Positions 22,180-36,277 of a DNA stretch of 64,000 nucleotides are shown in pieces (the first letter of the stretch is position 1; every line of letters begins with the position of its first letter). The notes under the pieces were generated by a model. That model was not told the DNA's origin. It did no database searches and was given only the letters and a program-made list of their open reading frames with translations. Source of the DNA: Malacoraja senta. Taxonomy: Eukaryota. Both the position numbers and the translations under genes were made by a program. The stretch is from positions 23,562,001 to 23,626,000 of the forward strand of contig CM075988.1 in NCBI GenBank assembly GCA_038087875.1, in the 5' to 3' direction.

Positions 22180-24397
22180 ATATATATCTCTCGTATCCCT
22201 CTCCCGTGACTCTCAGTCTGAAGAAGGGTCTCTCGACCCGAAACGTCACCTATTCCTTTTCTGCAGAGATGCTGCCTGACCCGCTGAGTTACTCCAGCTT
22301 TTGGTGTCTATCTTACGTATTATTCAAACTGTTCTCTAGACAGGGTACTTTAACCATGGGTGGCATTGCAGCTGTGCTCGATCCTCTTCATATCCAAAGT
22401 ATACGAACATGTAATCTCTTGATAAAGGCATTATTAGTTGGTGGTCCATCACAGATTGTCCAATTCCAGCACCCCATCTTCTCAATTAACTCATGCATCT
22501 TGACCTTCAACTTCCCGCTCTATATGATATCACTAGTACACCATCTGAGTGGTGGCTTTGCTTACCGGCGGACCTTGCTTCATCTTCATTTCTTATTATC
22601 TCACCTTTTTTTCTGGCTCACCACATCTTGGCAGTCGATCTATTAGAGAAGATGCTGCTCACACGCTTTGCACAAAACCTTAATTAGTACATTCTGTGTT
22701 TTTAAACACATCCATGCACAGACCACCCTGCTTTATAGAGGCAAGAAAATTAAACTGCTAAGGTTATGTGTTTACATCCTGTCTCAAAGTGCCATTACGC
22801 GTTCAGGCTTCCAATCTGTGGTTTTACTTATTATGCCAAAATCAGCAATATGCTGAATAATCAAAAGCATGGAACTCTCACTAAACCCAATGCCTTTCAA
22901 TTGATTAACACTTACCTGACCTCTTCGTATTTCGCTCGCTGCTTTGTTCCTCGAATCCATCCACTCACCATGCTTTTCAATCACATACTCTCCGCATGTC
23001 TCAACTCCCCCACTGGCCCCATAGCAGAAGCGCCCACGGCTGGAAACTGGAAGTATCCTAATTCTGCTACCACCATCACCTATTGCTCCCACTGATTGTC
23101 GCCGGAAGCTTGCGCCTTTTTCTGGACGGACGATGACAGCGAGGTCAACATTTGTGACAAGACGGACACGAAAAGAAGAAGAAGAAATCCCCCACCCACC
23201 CTCCCTCCACATTTCTCAATCCACCCACCCACTCAAGCCTCTTGTCACTTACCAAAATTCTCAGTGCACCCTGCAAATCTCACCACACAGCGCAGCCATA
23301 GTTACCATCGCAGACCTGTCAACTACAACTCCACAGATGAAAAGTCACTGGGCTGCAACTTTACTCCAAGAGGCTGCCTGACCTACTTTCTAATCAATCT
23401 CGATTGTGATTTCAAGCTTCCAACTTTGCAATAATTTGTTTTCGGTCTCAGTATTTTTCATAAATATGGGGGATAAAAACTGCAATTTTTTTTTTTACCT
23501 CTCCTAACTCTTGTCGTGCAACTACCAATTTAAATGTGATTTCCTGAACAAGGGTGTGAACTGGGCAGAGAATGCGTGTATTTCTAGGGCAGAGGAGACA
23601 TTTCCTGTGGGTTCTGCAGAGATGCTGACAGACCCGCTATTCCAGATTTTTTGTGTCTATCTTAAGTATTAAATGCAAGTATTTTTCTACCTATTGCATC
23701 TTCTTTCTCATTATCTGGTTCCAATTTTCTTTCTTCCCATTCCTAACAATTTCCACACACAGGCAATTGCTCGACCATAAGATTTTTTATTTATTCAGAT
23801 GTTTAACAAATTCTTCAGCGATATGTACATAGAGTCATAGAGTGATACAGTGTGGAAACAGGTCCTTCAGCTCAACTTCCCCACACCGGCCAACATGTCC
23901 CAGCTACACTAGTCCCACCTGCCTGCGTTTGGTCCATCTCTCTCCAAACCTGTCCTATCCATGTACCTGTCTGTTTCTTAAACGTTGGGCAGCATCTATG
24001 GAGCAAAGGAAATTGGCGACGTTTCGGGTCAAGACCCTTCTTCAGACTCCAGCATCTGCAGTTCCTTCTTAAACATGGTGTCAGGGCTTCAATTCCATTT
24101 CTGTAGGTTTCGAGACGGCTAGGGTATGTTGTGAAGGTTACTGCAGACTCTGTCTACTGTTCGGGCAGGAGGAGCTTTAAAGCATGGATGAGTTGATCGT
24201 TTGGAAGTTACATTTTCACTTGCATTACCAAAACTTGGATTCTCCACTCCGAGTGGTCGCAAGTCATTCCGACCCATCAGAGAGGATGATACATAATTTC
24301 AAAGAATATTTAAGATACTTGAAGTGCTTTATGGAAATTTCATGCCACGATAGAACCTGGAGTGTTCTATTTCAGGGATATTAGGTCAGGCATGTAG

Positions 24398-24685
24398 ATA
24401 GAAACATAGAAAATAGGTGCAGGAGGAGGCCATTCGGCCCTTTGAGCCAGCACCGCCATTCATTGTGATCATGGCTGATCGTCCCCAATCAATAACCCGC
24501 GCCTGCCTTCTCCCCATATCCCTTGACTCCACTAGCCCCTAGAGCTCTATCTAACTCTCTCTTAAATCCATCCAGTGACTTGGCCTCCACTGCCCTCTGT
24601 GGTAGGGAATTCCACAAATTCACAACTCTCTGGGTAAAAAGGTTTTTTCTCACCTCAGTCTTAAATGGCTTCCCCTTTATTCTAA
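24398..24685 (-). mobile_element. CR1 3' fragment
   Basis: FTQRVVNLWNSLPQRAVEA...GYGEKAG plus tail. Confidence 0.85.
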
Positions 24686-25701
24686 TATAGATGATATAGT
24701 CTGCCCTTTGGCATGGGCTGAATGTAGTTTGAGCCAGATCAAAGTGCCAATTATACATTAGTTCACTTATTTTACCATGGATCTGCAGGAGTTTATCGGG
24801 GAGATAACGCTATAGGTAGTCCCTATCTCTGAAGAGGTTGGGTTCATTGCTGATCAGTAGAACTTCAAACACTCTTCTTCAGATGGCAAAAGGTGCTCTG
24901 GGAAAGGGCCTCCTCCTTATTTAAAGACTGATCCCTCGACCCTGACTCCTCCGTCAGGGGAAACATCCTCCTCATGCCTGTCTTGGATGTTTCAATGAGC
25001 TAACCTCTTATTCTTCTATAGGGAACAGAGGTCTAATCTGTTCAAACTCCTTCTCTAGCAGACCTGCTATCCCAGGAAAAAGTCTGGTGAATCCTTACTC
25101 CACTCCTCCTATTGAAGGAGCCCCTTTGTATCTCATCATTATATTATTCCCACCTAATTTTATGTCCTTGGTAAATTTGGAAATATGACATTTTGGCACC
25201 AGTTATTGCTCTAAAATCGCATTTACTATTGATAGACCCAAAATGCTGGAGTAACTCAGCGGGACAGGCAGCATCTCTGGAGAGAAGGATTGGGTGACGT
25301 TTCAGGTCAAGTCCCTTCTTCAAACTCATTAAGTGTCTCGACCCGAAACGTCACCCATTCCTTCTCTCTAGAGATGCCGTCTGTTCCGAAGAGTTACTCC
25401 AGCATTTTGTGTCTATCTTTGGTGTAAACCAGCACCAGCACTCCCTTCCTACTCATTTCCTATTGTTTGTTTCTGTCTGTTAAACCAAACTAGTGCAGGG
25501 TTCCTGCAAAGGAAGTGTTTCTCTACCTGCTTTAAATAAACATGTACAACATTTGTTTTTTTAAAGATAAATGTACATTCAGCCAAAGTCTGTTGACAAA
25601 CCTGGCAGTATATCATTTCTTTAACATAAATCTTGATTTTTGATTGATCCTGTTGCAAAAAGACGATACGTGAATTTTGAAAATTCTTGTTCAGAATAAT
25701 A

Positions 25702-25707
25702 TTTATT
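25702..25707 (-). terminator. Candidate IFT46 polyadenylation signal
   Basis: AATAAA on the minus strand about 110 nt after the stop. Confidence 0.5.
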
Positions 25708-25819
25708 GGAAAAATGTACAGAATAAATAGAAAAATAAACAACTCAGGATGTTTTTTTTTTAAAGAATTCAAAGAAGGCTTTAAAGGTTCCTCTGGAGTT
25801 AGTTGCCCAAAGCTGCTAT

Positions 25820-25912
25820 TTAGTCATATGTTATTGTGTCCACATCTGCGTTGTGAGATGGAGGCTCCTCAGAACTGCTCACCTTGTTCCCTTCTGCTAG
25901 AGCTTTGAAATG
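25820..25912 (-). CDS. IFT46: IFT46 last coding exon
   Basis: HFKALAEGNKVSSSEEPPSHNADVDTITYD*. Confidence 0.92.
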   Translation of the reverse strand, partial: HFKALAEGNKVSSSEEPPSHNADVDTITYD

Positions 25913-28900
25913 CTGCAAACAGAAGGGGACAACAAGTGAATAGCTATTAAGTGCTTGCAATAAAATCTCTCATCATTGTACCATTATGGATAGAAAAGCA
26001 TGTAAGAGGAAGTTATTACCTATAACCCAAAAATTAATTCAAGTCACTCCCAATGAGAGAATTATTTAAGTTTGAAAATGAATTGCTTCAGCAGTAAACA
26101 TTAATACAGTAAACATTTGCAAATAGGATTTAGCATTACATCAGGGTCAACGTGTGTAAACGCAATCAACCACTGAATTCTGTTTATGATCCAGAATAAA
26201 TCAAATCACAGTTTGAATTGGTGACTGTGATAAGCAACTTTATATAAATTCAGGCCCAGAGGATTTAAGGACTAAAATCAGAAATAAATTATTTTTTCAC
26301 ACAAGACGATCGTGATTATATGGAATGAGCTGCCAGAAGAGGCGGTAGAGGCTGGTTGAATTACAGCATTTAAGACGCATTTCGACAGGGATGTGGATAG
26401 AAAAGGAATACAAGAAAATGGGCAAAATGAAGGAAAATAAGATAAGTGTAGATAGGCATTTCAGTCAGCATGGATGATTTGGGCTGAAGGGCCTGTTTCC
26501 GTGTGTTACAATTGTACAACTCTAAACCACTTCCAATTGTATAGTGTAGAAACGAACTACAGAAGGAATTAGGCAACGTTTCGGCCCGAAACGTTGCCTA
26601 TTTCCTTTGCTCCATAGATGCTGCTGCACCCGCTGAGTTTCTCCAGCACTTTTGTCTACCTTCGATTTTCCAGCATCTGCAGTTCCTTCTTAAACAAACT
26701 ACAGAGGCTGGTTTAAACTGAAGATAAAAAAGTATTAAAGAAGGAACTGCAGATGCTGGAAAATCGAAGGTACACAAAAATGCTAGAGAAACTCAGCGGG
26801 TGCAGCAGCATCTATGAAGCGAAGGAAATAGGTAACGTTTCGGGCCGAAACCCTTCTTCAGACAGAAGTATAGATAGATAGATACAGACAGATAAAAAAG
26901 TATGGTGCCTGTTATGACCCGATATTTAATGCACTTTATGGCAAATAATATACTTCTGAAATATACTTACTATTGTAGGAAATGTAGCAGGCAATATATG
27001 CATGTGAAAAGTCAACTGCAGCAACTAAAACAATGACTAGATAATTAGCTTTGTTAAATTATAGAATAAACATTGGGCAGAAGACCAGGGAGAACGCCCT
27101 TGCTTTTCTGAAAAAACAATTGGCTGTGGAGACTTTCGCTTTACCCCGACAGAGCTTTGGTTTAACATCTCTTCTGAAGATTGCTACTCCATAGCTACAT
27201 TCCCCCTCTCGAAGCACCAGCCTGCATTTTGTGGTCGTCCATGATGTGGAATCTGAGCTCAGAACTGGCTGATCTAGAGGTGACAGAAGTGCCGGCAGAA
27301 CCAAAACTGACTTGCTTTCAGCGAGATAAAAGGGCCTATCATAACCATATAACCATAACAGCACGGAAACAGGCCATCTCGGCCCTTCAAGTCCGTGCCG
27401 AACATTTAATTATTTTTTTTAATTAAAAATAAAATACTTCCCCCTAGTCCCATCTACCTGCACTCAGACCATAACCCTCCATTCCTTTCCCGTCCATATA
27501 CCCATCCAATCTATTTTTAAAGGATAACATCGAACCTGCCTCCACCACTTCCACTGGAAGCTCATTCCACACAGCTACCACTCTCTGAGTAAAGAAGTTC
27601 CCCCTAATGTTCCCCCTAAACTTCTGTCCCTTAATTCTCAAGTCATGTCCCCTTGTTTGAATCTTCCCTACTCTCAATGGGAAAAGCTTATCCACGTCCA
27701 CTCTGTCTAACCCGCTCATAATTTTAAAGACCTCTATCAAGTCCCCTCTTAACCTTCTGCGCTCCAAAGAATAAAGACCTAACTTGTTCAACCTTTCTCT
27801 GTAACTTAGTTGCTGAAACCCAGGCAACATTCTAGTAAATCTCCTCTGTACTCTCTCTATTTTGTTGACATCCTTCCTATAATTAGGCGACCAAAATTGT
27901 ACTCCATACTCCAGAATTGGCCTCACCAATGCCTTGTACAATTTTAACATTACATCCCAACTTCTATATTCAATGCTCTGATTTATAAAGGCCAGCACAC
28001 CAAAAGCTTTCTTTACCACCCTATCTACATGAGATTCCACCTTCAGGGAACTATGCACAGTTATTCCTAGATCCCTCTGTTCAACTGCATTCCTCAATTC
28101 GCTACCATTTACCGTGTACGTCCTATTTTGATTTGTCCTGCCGAGATGTAGCACCTCACATTTGTCAGCATTAAACTCCATCTGCCATCTTTCAGCCCAC
28201 TCTTCCAAATGGCCTAAATCTCTCTGTAGACTTTGAAAATCTACTTCATTATCCACAACACCACCTATCTTAGTATCATCTGCATACTTACTAATCCAAT
28301 TTTCCACACCTTCATCCAGATCATTGATGTACATGACAAACAACAGTGGACCCAACACAGACCCCTGAGGCACCCCACTAGTCACCGGCCTCCAACCTGA
28401 CAAACAGCCATCCACCATTACTCTCTGGCATCTCCCATTCAGCCACTGTTGAATCCATCTTGCTACTCCACCATTAATACCCAACAGTTGAATCTTCTTA
28501 ACCAACCTTCCATGAGGAACCTTGTCAAAGGCCTTACTGAAGTCCATATAGACAACATCCACTGCTTTACCCTCATCAATTTCCCTAGTAACCTCTTTGA
28601 AAAATTCCAGAAGATTAGTCAAACATGACCTTCCAGGCACAAATCCATGTTGACTGTTCCTAATCAGACCCTGCTTATCCAGATGCTTATATATATTATC
28701 TTTAAGTATCCTTTCCATTAATTTGCCCACCACTGACGATGTTTTCGGCGACTGCCGTATCAGGTCACCGAAAAATTCGTGGCGTGATGACATTTGATGC
28801 GCGGTGTTTTTTCAAGTGTCGCAACATTTTTTTTGTCGCCGCTGGATTTTGAAATTTTCAAAATCTTTTGGCTGGCAGTCGACGAAAAAATCGCCAAGTG

Positions 28901-31900
28901 GGACAGGCCCTTTAAGGACCAAATCCTGCTTGGAGAAGAACGTCTGATAAAGGACGAATACAGGAACAACTACGAGAGTAAACAAACCACTTACAAAACT
29001 GCAACACTTATCGCTATAGACACAAAATGCTGGAGTAACTCAGCGGGACAGGCAGCATCTCTGGAGAGAAGGAATGGGTGACGTTTCAGGTCTGAAGAGG
29101 GGTCTCGACCCGAAACGTCACCCATTCCTTCTCTCCAGAGATGCTGCCTGTCCCGCTGAGTTACTCCAGCTTTTTGTGTCTATCTTCGGTGTAAACCAGC
29201 ATCTGCAGTTCCTTTTTACACACTTATTGCTGTGTGGAATGGGAATGGAATGAATGGAAAGCAACATTCTTGACAGATGTTGAGGCTTACTGTTCATTCT
29301 TGATCTTGGCATCTCTTACCTGTGAGTTTTTGAACTCTGAGTGTAGGGTGAACAGCACGTGCAAGGATTGGATACGGTCCTTGTATACAGGGATGTCCAG
29401 AATTGCTGAAAGGGGGGAGGGATGACGGGAGACAAAATATATATTTTTTAAAACAGTAGTTACTTGCAAAGACTTAGTATCAAACATCCGGGGGGGGGGG
29501 GGGGGACTGCAAATCAACCTTGTCATTTTCATGGAACCTACGCTAATGATCTCGTGAACAATCTTAATTAAATAGGTCTGACTGAAACAACTGACAATTG
29601 CCTGTCACTGCTATACTGTTTGCATCACAGCCTGGTCAAATGTCTTGCCAGCTGGCAGAGAAACTTGTGTGCCTGCTCTCCATAATATAATGGCAGTGAA
29701 TTGGACAAGTCTATAGCACAGGGGTTGGGGCACTGATGTAGCAGACTCGTAAATGAGCTGGTTTAGTTTAGGTTAGTTTGGAGATACAGCACGGAAACAG
29801 GCCCTTCAACCCACCGAGTCCACACCGACTAGCAATCCCCGCACATTAACATTATCCTACACACACTAGAGACAATTTACACACACACCAAGCCAATTAA
29901 CCTACATACCGAAACATCTTCGGAGTGTGGGAGGAAACTGAAGATCTCGGAGAAAACCCACGCGGTCACGGGGAGAACGTACAAACTCCATACGGACAGC
30001 ACCTATAGTCGGGATCGAACCTGGGTCTCTGGAGCTGCAAGAGCTGTGAGGCAGCAACTCTACCGCTGTGCCGCCGTGGCCGCCTACAGCTGGTATACAG
30101 GTTAATGATTCTTATTAATAACTTCTCATAGTAAGTTCCTAAATATGACAACTTGGAACAAAGCAGAAACCTTTTCTCCTCCTCTATTGTAAGCACCGTT
30201 TTCCAAGGTATACTTCCACTGGAACTGTTGTTTCACTGGTGGGTCTCTATCTGGTTGCAGTGACCAGTAAGTTGCAGCAAGCTGTTCATTCTGGGGAAAT
30301 ATCATTGCCACATTTGATGCTGAATGACGACTGCATGTTTGTCCTCTCTACTGGGGGAAATAGGACGCAATACACTAGTGACTATACCTCTCTCATACCT
30401 GGAGCCATGGAGCATCATTAAAATACGCCTTCAAACACTATGATTGAAGCAAAAATCTGAAATAAAACCAGTGTTGGAAATAGTCTGCAAATCAGGTGGC
30501 ATATGTGGTGAAAAAAAAGTTAACGAGGCATTGAACCTGATAGTGACTCATTTCTCCACGGATGCTGCAGGACCTGCTGAGTATTTCCTGCACTTTGTTT
30601 TTACTCCACTGGGGCGATGGGTGGAGTGAAAGATAAAGTCAAATAAATAAATGTTCATCTCTTTGTTCCAGATATCACTCATTTTCAAAAGGTAGATAGG
30701 GCAAAAAGCCAGCCTGTAACTGTACACATTGCCGTGAACTCCCTCCTGCATTCAATTAAAGCTACCATTTGGTGCTTACCACATATCATATCAATATACT
30801 GGGGCAGGTCACAGTTGGTTTCTGCTGTGGGCAGGCTCACCTAAGTTAAAAGAAAGATAATTTAGACACTGAGAGAAATGCTTCTCGCTGGCAGTACTGA
30901 TAAGCGATACCAGATTTACTGTTCTGATGGGGCTCACTCACCTTTCCCAGCAGCTCCTCAAACTCTGGTGGCCACTCCTGCATGAGCGAATCGATATCAG
31001 GCATGGGCCTAAGGAGGGAATAGAGTGCATCAGCTACAGCTACGAGATGTGATCAATTATCACATTTCAATTGCTGTCCAGTTCCACAGGTACTGTCCAG
31101 TAATGGTGAAGGAAAGGTGAAGCCCACAATGGGGACACACAAAGCGACAGACACAACTCACTTGGTGTAGTGAACATTAGCGGGTGGTTTGGAGCGGTGT
31201 AGCTCACTGATACTTTCCATCCAGTTGTCAAGAGCCTTGGGATTCTTTTCTACATTCTCCAGACTTTTCACCTTCAGCTGCTGTGGCGAAAGAAATAAAC
31301 ATTTTCTCAATCTTAAAGGTACTTTAAACCCAAGGGTGTGATTCCTCAACGTTGAACTAATTGCTACAGGTACAGTTAATAGATGTACTTTCTGTTAATT
31401 CTTTTCCTTCTGGTAAGTCCCTGATAAACATCTCAAATTAAAAACGCCTGACTTTGTGTTTGAATCAATCTTGTCCGTCTCCATCGCTATAGCTTTGTTA
31501 CTGGTAAACATCTCTGATTCTGACCGCATGCGTATCAATACGTACATCGCCCCACCACTGACAGCCATGTACTCAGCTGCGTAGAAATTAAGATTAGAAT
31601 TATTTTTTTAAACTTCTTTTCCAAGGAAACCCATCTGTATGTATAAATTGCTATTTACTTGCCAAACTCTCTCTTTAGGCAGCTCGGTGTCAAATTTTAT
31701 TAAATGATGTTCCCAGGAAGCATTTAAGAACATTTCTTTGTGTTAAAGATATATTGAGGTATTAGAATATTATAAGCCATATATAGTACCTCAGCCAAAT
31801 GACCACATTCAAGACTATGTAAATAGTGAAGTTGGTACACAATTAGATCTCTGTCAGATAATGTGCTCATCTGGCATGCATGTATGTGCTTCCCATTGAA

Positions 31901-34900
31901 GACACTGGATCATGTTGTTGCTGTCATTTCTCATGACTGTGGAATGCATTAATAAGACTCAATAAATATAATTGCATTTAAATTCCACCAACAGCATCAA
32001 ACAGATATCATGTCTTGATATTACTGTACTGATGGCAAGACCAAACAATATGATCTTGTTGCAGTGAAAAGCCTTGGATTTGTATTCTCTTGCTTGTCCC
32101 TAACAGGATATCCAAGACCACCTACTGTACGTTAAGAAACTGTTGCAATGCAGCCAACATGGTAGCCAGTCTGCACACAGGAGTTACATGATCAGAGGGA
32201 GAACACTCAAACTCTGCACAGTCAGTACCCGAGGTCAGGATGGAAACTGCGTCTCTGGCGCTGTGAGACAGCAGCTGTACCACTGCGCCATCCATTATAA
32301 TCATTTGTAAGCGATTTCTCTTGAGATATATTGTTTCACCACATTGAAGGGGAAGGGGCCATTAATTGGCTTCTGTAAAGTGCCCCTTTTGTGTAAGGAG
32401 TGGATAATATAGAACAAGTGTGAACGGATGATCGATGGTCTGTTTGGTCCCAGTGGGCTGAAGAGCCTGTTTCCATGATGTATCTATAAACCAAACTAAA
32501 CCTACAAAGTCACACATCTTTCGGACAAGGGAGGAAACTAGAGCACCCAGAGCAAATCACAGGGAGAACATGCAAACTCCACACAGACAGTACCTGAGGT
32601 CAGGATTGAACCCATGTCTCTGGTGCTGTGAGGCAGCAGCTCTACCAAATGCACCACTGTGCCACCCATTTTAAGAGATTCCTCTTTAGATATATTGCTT
32701 CACCACATTGAAGGGAGTAAATTAATAAACATTTTTATTTTTTGTGTGCTCTCAATTCATCCTTTCGCAGGAACAGGATAAGGTCATTAAGACTCTGGAG
32801 ATGGTTCAGTCTTTCAATTAAATCATGGCTGCTCTATGTCTTAGGTCTAGCCACCCACCTGAACTCAATCCTTAATCATAATGCCTCAAAAAATTGATCA
32901 GTTAGTTTTGATCAGAAATTTTCAGTGACGACCCCATGAATAGTTTTTGGGGCAGTTAAAAACTAAGTGAGACATGTGTAACCTTCAGTTTACCTTACTG
33001 TTAAAGCACACCCTCCAGATTTTTGTTTGATTAAAACTCTAGAATAATGTTACTTTTCACAGGTCAATTAGATGTTACAATTGATGACTTTATAGGGAGA
33101 ACACTGAACTGACTTTGATTGCTGGGCTGTTTAAGAAGGAACTGCAGATGCTGGAAAAATCTAAGGTGGACAAAAATGCTGGAGAAACTCAGTGGGTGAG
33201 GCAGCAACTATGGAGCGAAGGAATAGTTGGTGACGTTGGTCGAGACCCGAAACGTCACCTATTCCTTCGCTCCATAGATGCTGCCTCACCCGCTGAGTTT
33301 CTCCAGCATTTTTGTCTACATTTGATTGCTGGGCTAATCAGCAGTCCTGCTCCAGCTCAAGTTCGCAACTTAAAATGTGCCGAAGATAGACACAAAGTGC
33401 CTGTGTAACTCAGTGGGTCATCCAGCATGTCTGAAGAAAAAGGCTGGGTAACGTTTCAGTCTCAAACTAGTGTGCCCCTCTGCTTACCGTAACACTGTGC
33501 TGCTTTGAATTCTCCGTTAACCACAGTGACAGTACAGTTGGGTCCGACTGCTTTGCACAAGGTTCATCCAACGGGATCAGGCCGAGGTTGTCCGACTTCC
33601 CATCAGGACGAGGGACCTACAGGCCGCAAGGAAAATAACAGCAATCAACGTTCACAAACAACTTGTATCAATTGTCCAAATGTGTGCTGGTGAAGGGAAG
33701 TCTAGAAACAGTTTAATAATTAGTTCCCCCACTTAGCATCGGTTAACATGGTCAACTTTAACCAGATTTTATGACTATGTTAACCTGCCAACTAGTTTGT
33801 TAATAGTCCAATTTTTATTTTTTCAAAGTTGATCTCGGGTCTGTGTGGAGTTTGCATGTTCTCCCTGTGACCGCGTGGATTTCCTCCGGGTACTCCGGCT
33901 TCTTCCCACATCCCAAAGACGTGTGACTTTGGAGCTTTAGTTTGGTTTTGAGATACAGCATGAAAACAGGCCCTTCGGCCCAATGAGTTCATACTGGCCA
34001 TCAATCACCAGCTCTTTGTTATCGCACTTCTGCATCCTACGCGTGGGAGGAAACCGGAACACCCAGTTCAAATAGGTCATTCGATGTATTTCAGAACGAT
34101 TGAAATTTTAATTTCAGAGAAAGAAAATGGTTTGAATATATTAAAAGTCAAATGGTTATAACTAAATAAGTCATTTGAATACAATTAAAAGTACGTTTTC
34201 ACCTTCAAAAAAGCATCAATATCACCAACTGACGGAATGAAATCAGGAATGAATGGCTTCAGTTTGTGATCCAGCTCAATAGACTGTGGAGTATACCTGT
34301 CAAACATGAACAAACAAACTCAAACGTCACAACCACTTCGAAGGACTTTTTCTAACAGCAGATATGTATTTAACAGGAAGCTAGATAAATACTGTATGTA
34401 GCAGTATAGTCATAGTCAAAGGAAGCTAAGAAAAAACAAACATCATACATGTTTTTTAAAAATCATGTATTTTTATAGGCTCCAGAGAGATGCACGGCTT
34501 ATTCACTGATCACCATTCCCACTCCATGAAGGAAACAGTCTCCAATCAGTGCAAGTTTGAGAAGGTGAACAACTACTTGCACACAGCAAGTTCGGAACAT
34601 GCTACAAAGGTATACAACAGCCACATATACAGTGTGTAAGAAAGAACTGCAGATGCTGGTTTGGGGTCAAGGAAAGAGTGTTCACGTCACGGCCCTGTTT
34701 CCACCAATCTTTCCTCCACCACCACGCACAAGAAGCGACAGGACAGACACCATTGTATGCAGATGCCGAGAAGCGTGTTCAGCTCTGGCTGAACAACGTC
34801 TAATCTTGTGTGTGGACTCGATAAGAAGAAGATGCTGGTTTAAATCGAAGGTAGACACAAAATGCTGGAGTAACTCAACGGGTGAGGCAGCATCTCTGGA

Positions 34901-36240
34901 GAGAAGGAAATGGCGACGTTTCGGGTCAAGACCTGAAACGTCGCCCATTCCTTCTCTCCAGAGATGATTCCTCACCCGCTGAGTTGCTCCAGCATTTTGT
35001 GTCTAGCCACATATACAGAATATTATCAACATGTAATGAGAGTGAATAGGGAGGAACATGCTGGTGAGGTATACAGCAAATCAAGAACATGTACTGTTGG
35101 CACTTACTGAGTTAAATACAGTTTCGTATTTAACACTTCGGTAACGAGTCAGCATTTGTTGCTGCCCACTGTTATTATTAACATAAAACTGCCAAATTGA
35201 GTTTGCATTGGCAATTCAGTTTTACTTGGTATCAATTTCTGCCACAAACTTATCAACTCAATTTCTGCCTAACAGCAATAGACAATAGACAATAGGTGCA
35301 GGAGTAGGCCATTCGGCCCTTCGAGCCAGCACCGCCATTCAATGTGATCATGGCTGATCATCCCCAATCAGTACCCCGTTCCTGCCTTCTCCCCATATCC
35401 CCTGACTCTGCTATTTTTAAGAGCCCTATCTAGCTCTCTCTTGAAAGCATCCAGAGAACCTGCCCCCACTGCCCTCTGAGGCAGAGAATTCCACAGACTC
35501 ACCACTCTCTGTGAGAAAAAGTGTTTCCTCATCTCCGTTCTAAATGGCTTACTCCTTATTCTTAAACTGTGGCCCCTGGTTCTGGACTCCCCCAGCATCG
35601 GGAACATGTTTCCTGCCTCTAGCGTGTCCAAACCCTTAACAATCTTTCTAGCATGTCCAAACCCTTAACAATCTTAGCTGTAAAGATAGAAGGATGAGGG
35701 AGTGGAATACATACTATCAGTGAGACTATTATAAGATCCCTCTCAAAACCTGTGCAGATACAAAACTACCTCTAGCATCACAGACATCAAAATGAAATTA
35801 ATTATATGCAGACTGTTTACCGTGTGATGTACTGAAAGAGCTCCTTTATTTCCGTAGAAGTAGGAAGATGCTCATAATCTGCAGGATCATATGCACTGAA
35901 AGAAAAAATAAATCCACATTATAGACAATGACTCCACTTTCCGATTCGTTTAAGAAGGAACTGCAGATGCTGGAAAAATCGAAGATAGACAAAAATGCTG
36001 GAGAAACTCAGTGGGTGAGGCAGCATCTATGGAGCGAAGGAATAGGTGATGTTTCGGGTCTCGACCCTTAAGTCATTTCCCAATTAAGCAGGGACATTTT
36101 ACAAAGAGTCAAGAGTGTTTCATTGTCATATGTCCCAGATAAAACAATGAAATTCTTACTTGCTGCAGCACAACAGAATATGCAATCAGAATGAATAATA
36201 TAACAAAAACTCAGAAAAAAAGAACAAACAATAACAGTGC

Positions 36241-36277
<37 letters not shown>

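Noticed and set aside
21987..22646. 219-aa plus-strand ORF
   Set aside because: The first half is Penelope-derived repeat and the remainder has no recognisable protein features.
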